A DNA stretch of 35,604 bases from Candidatus Aenigmatarchaeota archaeon (lineage in GTDB: Archaea; Aenigmatarchaeota; Aenigmatarchaeia; GW2011-AR5; JAGGXF01): positions 1 through 35,604 of the forward strand of contig JAOZPR010000006.1 of NCBI GenBank assembly GCA_029932645.1, written 5' to 3'. Below the pieces are notes generated by a model that was not told where the DNA came from, searched no databases, and saw only the letters and a list, made by a program, of their open reading frames with translations. The position numbers were made by a program, and so were the translations under genes. Shown here one piece after another: positions 8,923 to 15,879 of the stretch (positions are counted from its first letter, which is position 1; every line of letters begins with the position of its first letter).

Positions 8923-10143
8923 TCATCTCCATTTCTTCAGGGCCTCCTTTAGCTCATTGTGCGTCCTAGCATACTTATTTAGAGGCGTACCGCTGAGTGT
9001 CGCGTCCAGCGCCTGTCTCATGGCCCTGGCACCAGCCCCTGTTCCATCAGGATGGCCATGAACACCACCACCTGCCTGAATAACGATATCATTGCCCATG
9101 ATTTTCACAACCTCTGGAACCAGGCTTGGATAGAGTCCACCAGAAGCAACAGCAAAAACAGGTCTTAGGCCATACCAGTCCTGAGATAGATACACACCTG
9201 CGGCTACGTGCTGCCTTTGTATAACGTCTTTTATCAACATAACATCCTGTTTCGAGCCCTCCATCTTTCCGACAGCAGTGCCTATATGTAGCTGGTCCGC
9301 GCCTATAAGCCTAGCAAGCTTGGCAATCATATACATGGATATACCGTGTCTGCGGCTGCGCGTCACTGCTGCATGGCCGGCACGGTGCGCATGTATGACC
9401 ATTTTGTAATTCTGCGCGCGCAATTCCTGAAGAGCAGAAAAGCCTGCCGTGAGTATATCCAGCATTATACACTTTCCGCCGTGCGCACGGACAAAATCTG
9501 CCCTTTTAATCATCAGTCTGGACGGGGCCGTGACATTTGCCGCATAAAGAACAGTTCGACCCTGCTCTTCCTTTATTCTGTCAACAGTCTCTAGCGTTTT
9601 GACGACACGATCTTCAAACTTGCAGAACTTAAGAGAGGTTAAGTTTTCATCATCCTTGACAAAGTCCAGACCGCCAGAATAAGCCTCGTAGGCAACAGCG
9701 GCGAACTCTTTCGGCCGAAGACCGACCTTTGGCTTTATTATGGTTCCCAAAAGAGGTCTTTTCTTAATGCCCAAAATCTTTCGTACGCCTTTGAAACCAA
9801 ACCTGGGGCCGCGGAAGCTTTTAACATAATTCTTTGGAAGCTTGATGTCAACAAGCCTGAGATTATTTATTATTTTCATTCCGAAGATGTTTCCGGCTAG
9901 CGCAGAAAGCAGTTGCGGCACATTACCCAGCTCAAAAAGATTCAAAGGATATGCTATCTGGAGAGTTTTTGTTTTTTTGGAGTATTGAACAGTCCTTGGG
10001 CCAAGGTGCTTTCTCATTTTTGCGGTTAAGGTTTGTATGTCTGTCCATGTGCCTATAGAAGATTCTGCCATTATCTGTCTCGTCGCCTTCGTGGCAGAAA
10101 CCCCACAGGGCTCAAAATAATATTTAGCTATTAGCTCATCCAT
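8923..10143 (-). CDS. rbcL: Ribulose-1,5-bisphosphate carboxylase/oxygenase large subunit, form III-type (short, about 406 aa)
   Basis: ESSIGTWT, GNIFGMK, IIKPKVGL, GGLDFVKDDENL (carbamylated Lys motif), HAHRAGHAA, QLHIGTAVGKMEG, ASGGLYPSL and QAGGGVHGHPDGTGAGARA are all present. The ATG at 10143 is preceded by GTGATT. The listed start at 10152 is a GTG. Confidence 0.92.
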   Translation of the reverse strand: MDELIAKYYFEPCGVSATKATRQIMAESSIGTWTDIQTLTAKMRKHLGPRTVQYSKKTKTLQIAYPLNLFELGNVPQLLSALAGNIFGMKIINNLRLVDIKLPKNYVKSFRGPRFGFKGVRKILGIKKRPLLGTIIKPKVGLRPKEFAAVAYEAYSGGLDFVKDDENLTSLKFCKFEDRVVKTLETVDRIKEEQGRTVLYAANVTAPSRLMIKRADFVRAHGGKCIMLDILTAGFSALQELRAQNYKMVIHAHRAGHAAVTRSRRHGISMYMIAKLARLIGADQLHIGTAVGKMEGSKQDVMLIKDVIQRQHVAAGVYLSQDWYGLRPVFAVASGGLYPSLVPEVVKIMGNDIVIQAGGGVHGHPDGTGAGARAMRQALDATLSGTPLNKYARTHNELKEALKKWR

Positions 10144-10247
10144 TTTAATCACAAATAATTTTTACTTCCCTCGATATAAATAACTTCCCGGACGTTTGTC
10201 AATCAAAGCTTTAAAACTTTTCACGATTAATTATAACTGGTGATTGA

Positions 10248-10457
10248 ATGAAATTCAGTTTTCATGTCCATGGCTTATGGTTTATTGGAAGTGTATGTAT
10301 GCTGCTTGGCTCTATGATAGCTGGAAATGCTGCATGGGTAGAAGCAACGACACCAGCAAGTTACACCCTTGCATTGCTCATAGCATTCATACTCATCTGG
10401 GCAGCAGGTCTTTGTTGGATATCCTCAGCTGTAAACGCAAAACAAGAAATGGGTTAG
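10248..10457 (+). CDS. Hypothetical small membrane protein (69 aa, two hydrophobic helices)
   Basis: GGTGAT Shine-Dalgarno 3 nt upstream of the ATG, two clear hydrophobic spans, and a T-run terminator right after the stop. Confidence 0.5.
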   Translation: MKFSFHVHGLWFIGSVCMLLGSMIAGNAAWVEATTPASYTLALLIAFILIWAAGLCWISSAVNAKQEMG

Positions 10458-10477
10458 ACCCATGGGTTTTTTCTTTT
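10458..10477 (+). terminator. Oligo-T terminator candidate (ACCCATGGGTTTTTTCTTTT)
   Basis: A T6 plus T4 run immediately follows the stop of the 69-aa ORF. A short GC palindrome precedes it. Confidence 0.4.
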
Positions 10478-10503
10478 AGTCTTCTAAGCTCCAGATTTAC
10501 GAC

Positions 10504-11268
10504 TTAAACATACTCGCTTTTCTCAAAGAAATAGGTGCCTAACAAAACCATTGCAACTGATGAAATGACTAAAATAGTAAAATTATAGATAAGTGGAAAT
10601 GAAGAGATTCCAATCAGCGCTCCTCTTAGACCGTCAACGCCGTAAGTTAAAGGATCTATGTAAGAAAGGCCTCTTACCCAGCCAGGTAGATTATCGAACG
10701 GAAAAACTGCTCCAGACAGGAAGAAAAGCGGAAATATTATAAAGTTCATTATAAGACTGAAACCGTGTATGTCTCTCATTCTTGAGGCAAATATAAGACC
10801 CAGCCCGATAAAGGTTGCCGAGATGAGAATCAAAAAAACAACCGCCCATAAAAGAGAGGAAATTCCAGTAATTTTGAATCCCATCAGAATCGAAATAGAA
10901 AGTATCAGAATGGCCTGAAACAATGAAGTCATAATTCCGCCCGCAATTCGTCCAATTACTATGGAAACCCTGCTAACCGGAGCAACCATAATTTCCTTCA
11001 AAAAACCGAACTCTCTGTCCCATAAGACGGATATTCCCGCGAACATTGATGAGAAAAGCATGCTCATTCCTATAATCCCGGGTACCAGAAATTCTATATA
11101 TCCCACGCCTTCAGCCAGACCCGGTATTGGCATGCCTCTGAACCCGAATCCGAGGAAGGCTAAGAAGAACAGGGGCATCCCCAGAGTTCCGATAACTCTT
11201 GACTTTGCTCTGAAAAACCTTTTCATCTCCCTCAACCAAAGGATATAGACCACTTTTATATTAATCAT
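10504..11268 (-). CDS. ABC-2 type transporter permease
   Basis: 254 aa with about six hydrophobic helices and an N-terminal YILWLREMKRFFR motif typical of ABC-2 permeases. It overlaps the upstream ATPase gene by 4 nt. Confidence 0.8.
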   Translation of the reverse strand: MINIKVVYILWLREMKRFFRAKSRVIGTLGMPLFFLAFLGFGFRGMPIPGLAEGVGYIEFLVPGIIGMSMLFSSMFAGISVLWDREFGFLKEIMVAPVSRVSIVIGRIAGGIMTSLFQAILILSISILMGFKITGISSLLWAVVFLILISATFIGLGLIFASRMRDIHGFSLIMNFIIFPLFFLSGAVFPFDNLPGWVRGLSYIDPLTYGVDGLRGALIGISSFPLIYNFTILVISSVAMVLLGTYFFEKSEYV

Positions 11269-12257
11269 CTTCCCATTCTCCTCATCATAAGTTTTTTGTT
11301 CTTCTCGCCTTGGCTGGCTTCCTGCTCCAGAATGGTTTTTCCCGTGAAATGTAGAAAAACATCTTCAAGGCTGGGTTTGTGCAGGCTAATAGAACTTATT
11401 TTAGTTCGGACGCTCTGAGCAATATTGAACAGTTCGGGTATCTTTTTTTCGCCGTTATCCATAGTCAAGTCGAGAAACCCATCATGCTTTTTTATTGTTT
11501 TTATCCATTCAAGTTCTTTCAACAAACTTATAAATTTTTCTGGGTTTTCGTCTGTTTCCAATGATACAACATCTCCACCCAGTATGTCTTTCAGTTTTTT
11601 CGGACTGTCCATGACAACTATCTTTCCGTGGTCGATAATGGCAACCCTATCACAAAGATAGTCAGCTTCTTCCATATAATGTGTGGTCAGAATGATACTA
11701 ATCCCGTTCTCTTTGTTCAGCTTTTTAATATATTCCCATATATGTCGTCTTGTTTGGGCATCCAAACCAAGTGTTGGTTCGTCCAGAAACAAAAGCCTAG
11801 GCCTGTGAATGAGCCCTCTTCCTATCTCAAGTCTTCTTTTCATTCCACCCGAATAATTCTCAACCAGAACGTCTGCCTTGTCTGTTAGCTCAACAAGGTC
11901 AAAAATTTCCCTGATTCTCGCTTTTCTCGTGACCGTGTCTATCCCGTACATCATAGCATGAAAATCGAGATTTTCCCTGCCCGTGAGTTTGTTGTCAAGA
12001 GCCGGTTCCTGAAAAACCATACCGATATTTCTTCTGACGTTGTCTTTGTTTTTCGAGATGTCAAAACCCGCCACCTCAGCATGACCTGAAGTTATCTTGA
12101 GCAAAGTAGAGAGCATGTTAATTGTCGTTGTCTTGCCGGCACCGTTTGGCCCGAGGAGACCGAAAATCTCGCCTTTTTTAACAGTAAATGAAATATTATC
12201 AACTGCCACAAACCCGTCAAAATGCCTACTCAGGTTCTTAACCTTAATTATGCACAT
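11265..12257 (-). CDS. ABC transporter ATP-binding protein (DrrA/CcmA-like, with C-terminal accessory domain)
   Basis: Walker A GPNGAGKTT, Q-loop, signature YSGGMKRRL, Walker B LLFLDEPTLGLD and H-loop TTHYM. The ATG at 12257 (MCIIKVKNLSRHF) fits ABC N-termini. The listed TTG at 12323 adds 22 atypical residues. Confidence 0.88.
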   Translation of the reverse strand: MCIIKVKNLSRHFDGFVAVDNISFTVKKGEIFGLLGPNGAGKTTTINMLSTLLKITSGHAEVAGFDISKNKDNVRRNIGMVFQEPALDNKLTGRENLDFHAMMYGIDTVTRKARIREIFDLVELTDKADVLVENYSGGMKRRLEIGRGLIHRPRLLFLDEPTLGLDAQTRRHIWEYIKKLNKENGISIILTTHYMEEADYLCDRVAIIDHGKIVVMDSPKKLKDILGGDVVSLETDENPEKFISLLKELEWIKTIKKHDGFLDLTMDNGEKKIPELFNIAQSVRTKISSISLHKPSLEDVFLHFTGKTILEQEASQGEKNKKLMMRRMGR

Positions 12258-12325
12258 TAGCAAATCACACTCAATATTGGCTGCCGATAGTTGGTTGCCG
12301 ATAACACAACGAAAATAGAACAAAA

Positions 12326-13057
12326 TTACTGTCCAGTGTCTTCTGTCTTTTTCTCTTTTTCTTCTGTAATTTCTTGTCCGGTTTCTTCTTTCTGTTCTTC
12401 CTGGCCTGATTCAGATATCTCGCCTTTTTCCTCGCTGCCCTCTTCATTGGTGCGTTCTTCCGCTTCTTTTATTTCAAGCACTTTTGGCTCGTATAAATGC
12501 TTCTTTTTTGCCTTTTCAATGATTTCAGATTTTCTTATCTCCACCTGTCCAACAGGGTATATTTTCTTGAGTTCGTCCCTCAAATGTCTTTGAAGTTCAC
12601 TGTCCAGCACAGATTTTATAAGCTCTTCGATTGTGTGCTTCTCCGCGGCTTCTTTTACCATCTGGCTTATTTTTGCCCTGACCGCGTCTTTGATGGCGGT
12701 TTTGGTTCTTCTCAAAACAATTGCTATGGTTTTAATTCGCACAGTTTTGCCGTCCTTTGTGTGAACCAAATCTATACTGTCAACACGCCTTCTTCTTCTT
12801 AGAACCATTCTGTATATTTTCTCCTTGAGAATGTCATGCCCGACAAATTTTGTGTACAGGCGCTTGCCGTCTATGTCTGTAACCTGCAACTTAAGCTTGA
12901 TATAAAACTTAGAAAAGTCATTAGTAATATCCATCAGACTCACTTCTACAGTCCTGCCCTTAAGTATTTTTGGATTTGCTGTTAACGTTTCGCCAACAAC
13001 AGCTTCGCCTAGAAATTTTGGTGCAACGATTTCATACCACTCTTTTTTTATAGCCAT
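12326..13057 (-). CDS. rps3ae: 30S ribosomal protein eS1 (S3Ae) with a long acidic C-terminal tail
   Basis: MAIKKEWYEIVAPKFLGE... is a characteristic S3Ae N-terminus. A GAGGT SD lies 7 nt upstream. Length is 243 aa, against roughly 200 aa as I recall for archaeal homologs. Confidence 0.9.
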   Translation of the reverse strand: MAIKKEWYEIVAPKFLGEAVVGETLTANPKILKGRTVEVSLMDITNDFSKFYIKLKLQVTDIDGKRLYTKFVGHDILKEKIYRMVLRRRRRVDSIDLVHTKDGKTVRIKTIAIVLRRTKTAIKDAVRAKISQMVKEAAEKHTIEELIKSVLDSELQRHLRDELKKIYPVGQVEIRKSEIIEKAKKKHLYEPKVLEIKEAEERTNEEGSEEKGEISESGQEEQKEETGQEITEEKEKKTEDTGQ

Positions 13058-13089
13058 GTAAATACCTCATTAAACATTAGTTAACAACA

Positions 13090-13539
13090 TTACTTGACCA
13101 ATAGCTTTGCTTTTTCTGGGCTGTATTTCCAGTCTGCTGGCAGCTTGCCTGTCTTGATATAATACTTTCCTAGCCTTCTGATTTTAGATTCTGTCAATAT
13201 CAGACCCCTCTTGGATATGCCGTCTTTTTTGTTTTTTTCAAGATGTCTCCTGAGAGCTATAGCCTTTTTCATCAGGTTGAACATATCCTCAGGCACGGCC
13301 TTGCTAAATCCATGCTTCTCCAAGACTTTTGTTATTCTCAGCTCAAACTCTCTGACATCTGGCACACCATATTGATCCCGTAAAACCATACCTATCTGGC
13401 TTGATAAATATCCTTCTTTGGCAAGTTTGACTATAAGTTTTTCTACTTCTTCTTTGTTGTACATGATCCACTCATGCTTTTTCTTTCTCGGCTTTTTTGA
13501 GCCAGATTTTCCACGCTTTCGCGAATACATTCTTGCCAT
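13090..13539 (-). CDS. rps15: 30S ribosomal protein uS15 (S13e type)
   Basis: MARMYSRKRGKSGSKKP N-terminus, 149 aa. A GGTGAT SD lies 5 nt upstream of the ATG. Confidence 0.92.
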   Translation of the reverse strand: MARMYSRKRGKSGSKKPRKKKHEWIMYNKEEVEKLIVKLAKEGYLSSQIGMVLRDQYGVPDVREFELRITKVLEKHGFSKAVPEDMFNLMKKAIALRRHLEKNKKDGISKRGLILTESKIRRLGKYYIKTGKLPADWKYSPEKAKLLVK

Positions 13540-13708
13540 CTAATATCACCAAACATCAACAGCAGGCATTAACAGCAAAACACCAACAAAACCAAGACAC
13601 AGAACTATATGCAAACCACCAACCCTGCATCCCGGCATTGGTAAGCTATCAGAGCTTAGTTAAGCCACTAAGCTAGTAGAATTATTAGATAAAAAAGGTT
13701 TTTAAAGG

Positions 13709-14335
13709 TTATCTTTTCTGGTATCTCCCCCGCTTTTGTATTTTCTCAAGGCGTTTTAGTGTGGCAGTTGCGCCAGAATAATTCTTTTTGTAGGCCCTGA
13801 CAACAGCGGGCCACACCTTTCGGATAATATCAAAGTGTGTTGATTCAAAGGCCTGCTGGAGAAGATGCAAATCAGTTGCCTTGTCCTCAATACGTGCGCT
13901 GTGAAAACCGAGCCCAAAATCTATAAAATAAATTTGTTTTCCTTTCATAATCATGTTTGATGTTGTCAAGTCTCCGTGTATGATATCATGCTCGTGGAGT
14001 GATGCAACTGCTTTGCCAACCGCAGAGCAAATCTCTTTGCGATTCTTTGTGTATTTAGAAGAAGACAAAATGTCCTTTACCCTTTTGCCGTCAATATATT
14101 CCATCTCTATGGTGTAATCAGTTGTGCCAACAATTTTTGGTGTTTTGACACCAATTCGGGCTGCCTTCTGAATGAGGCGTGCCTCGAGGCGCGTTCTGTT
14201 TTTTCTGAGCTTATCGTCTATCTCTTTTATTCGGTATCCTTTCTTTATACGCTCCTTTATGATTTTCTTGTTTTTTTTGTCTAGATATATTATAGCCTCA
14301 GCAGCCTGCTGAACCTTTTTAAGATTTTGCGCCAT
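13709..14335 (-). CDS. bud32: Bud32 / Kae1-associated atypical protein kinase (KEOPS subunit), stand-alone
   Basis: IIHGDLTTSNMIM catalytic loop, YFIDFGLG, 208 aa. No fused Kae1 domain. Confidence 0.88.
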   Translation of the reverse strand: MAQNLKKVQQAAEAIIYLDKKNKKIIKERIKKGYRIKEIDDKLRKNRTRLEARLIQKAARIGVKTPKIVGTTDYTIEMEYIDGKRVKDILSSSKYTKNRKEICSAVGKAVASLHEHDIIHGDLTTSNMIMKGKQIYFIDFGLGFHSARIEDKATDLHLLQQAFESTHFDIIRKVWPAVVRAYKKNYSGATATLKRLEKIQKRGRYQKR

Positions 14336-14390
14336 ATTTAAAATTCTAGATAAATATTTTTAAATACCATTTCAAATTAGATCAAATTAG

Positions 14391-14594
14391 ATGCCGTTTT
14401 TCAAAGTCGGTGATTTAGTGAAATTGATTGTAGACAAAAATAAGTGCCTCTCGTGCGGCGGGTGTGTAAGTGTCTGCCCAAAACAGGCGCTGGAACTGAA
14501 AAAATACCCAGAATGGGACAAGGATAAGTGTATTAGTTGTGAAGTCTGTGTAAAGTTTTGCCCTGTGGGCGCCTTGAAACTGAAGAGGGATTGA
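14391..14594 (+). CDS. 2x[4Fe-4S] ferredoxin (67 aa)
   Basis: Two CxxCxxCxxxCP motifs (CLSCGGCVSVCP and CISCEVCVKFCP). Confidence 0.9.
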   Translation: MPFFKVGDLVKLIVDKNKCLSCGGCVSVCPKQALELKKYPEWDKDKCISCEVCVKFCPVGALKLKRD

Positions 14595-14595
14595 C

Positions 14596-15783
14596 GTGTT
14601 TATAGAACCAGAATATGATGTAATTGTTGTCGGTGCCGGACCAAGTGGGACAAGCACTGCAATAACAGCAGCCAGGCTTGGACTGAACGTGCTGGTCTTG
14701 GAGAAGCAGCAGCAGGTAGGCATGTTCAAAAGATGTGCAGAAGGGTTTGCCTGGGGACTGATAGAATCATTGGAGTTAAAACTGCCGAGAAAATGCTGGA
14801 CACAGGAGATTGACGGTTCATATATCTACGCACCAAACATGAAAGAATTTCTAATCGACATGGGTAAAACGAGTGGATATGTTCTTGAGAGGCGTGTATT
14901 TGACAAATGGCTCGCAGAAGAGGCTGTCAAGGCTGGCGCACGCCTGATTGCTGATGTTAATGTTTATGATGTAATCAAAGACAAGGGGTTTATTAAAGGT
15001 GTTAAGGCAAATTTTCTTGGTGAGGACTACGAGGTAAAATCAAAGGTGGTTGTAGCTGCTGATGGTGTTGAATCCTTGGTGGGAAGAAAAGCAGGGTTTC
15101 CACTAATAAACAACCCTGTCCTGATGGACTCTGGTTTTCAGTATGAAATGGCTGGTATAGAACTAAAAGACCCGCACAAACTTGAGTTTTATCTTGGCAC
15201 CAAGGTAGCACCGCGCGGATATCTCTGGGTTTTTCCAAAGGGTGAAAACAAGGCAAATGTTGGTATAGGCATCATAGGCAACAGCCCAGAAACAGCAAAA
15301 AAATACCTTGATGATTTCATAACGAAGCATGACAGATTCAGCAGGGGCAGCGTCTTAGAGGTCAATGCTGGTGCAATACCTGTTGGCGGGCTTATGAAGA
15401 ACATGGTGATGAACGGGCTCATACTTGTCGGCGATGCAGCTCATCAAGTATATCCAATTCATGGCGGTGGAATTGGCGAGGCAATAACTGCCGGAAACAT
15501 GGCAGGTAAGGTTATTTGGCATTGCATAGAAAAGGGCGACTGGTCTGAGGAAAGGCTGGGGGATTACAACAAACTCTGGTGGGATAAAAGAGGCAACGCC
15601 CTGGCAAAGTCAGAAAAGGTCAGAGAAACAATCGAAAAGATGAGTGATGAGCAGCTTAACATGTTAGCTGCTTCCATAACCAAAGACGACCTCATGAAAA
15701 TAGTAGACGGGAATGTGGCTATTTTGACTAAAACTTTGCTAAAGTTTGGTGCCAAGAACTTGCAGAAAAAGATTTTTGGTTAG
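14596..15783 (+). CDS. Geranylgeranyl reductase family flavoprotein (digeranylgeranylglycerophospholipid reductase-like)
   Basis: FAD dinucleotide fold YDVIVVGAGPSGTSTA, RCAEG, and LVGDAA ... GGGIGEA motifs. Length 395 aa. The GTG start is 1 nt after the ferredoxin stop. Confidence 0.85.
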   Translation: MFIEPEYDVIVVGAGPSGTSTAITAARLGLNVLVLEKQQQVGMFKRCAEGFAWGLIESLELKLPRKCWTQEIDGSYIYAPNMKEFLIDMGKTSGYVLERRVFDKWLAEEAVKAGARLIADVNVYDVIKDKGFIKGVKANFLGEDYEVKSKVVVAADGVESLVGRKAGFPLINNPVLMDSGFQYEMAGIELKDPHKLEFYLGTKVAPRGYLWVFPKGENKANVGIGIIGNSPETAKKYLDDFITKHDRFSRGSVLEVNAGAIPVGGLMKNMVMNGLILVGDAAHQVYPIHGGGIGEAITAGNMAGKVIWHCIEKGDWSEERLGDYNKLWWDKRGNALAKSEKVRETIEKMSDEQLNMLAASITKDDLMKIVDGNVAILTKTLLKFGAKNLQKKIFG

Positions 15784-15879
15784 ATGACTAAACGTGTAAT
15801 TCTTTATATATTATATCCAATTATATTTGATTATTATATATAGCACAGCCAATAGTCTGTTGTGTGTATTGTGGTTACT

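Noticed and set aside
10244-10507. An 87-aa ORF in an alternative frame overlapping the 69-aa small membrane protein ORF.
   Set aside because: The 69-aa frame has the GGTGAT SD at correct spacing and two clean hydrophobic helices. The 87-aa frame has neither.
12258-12323. The TTG-initiated 22-residue extension of the ABC ATPase.
   Set aside because: The non-ATG start adds MFYFRCVIGNQLSAANIECDLL, which is not seen on ABC ATPases. The ATG at 12257 gives the canonical M-x-I-x-V-x-N-L-S-K/R-x-F N-terminus.
13540-13708. A tRNA or other classical ncRNA gene in the bud32-rps15 spacer.
   Set aside because: No acceptor or T-arm pairing and no cloverleaf can be drawn on either strand. There is only one 6-bp hairpin plus a T-run, which looks like the bud32 terminator.
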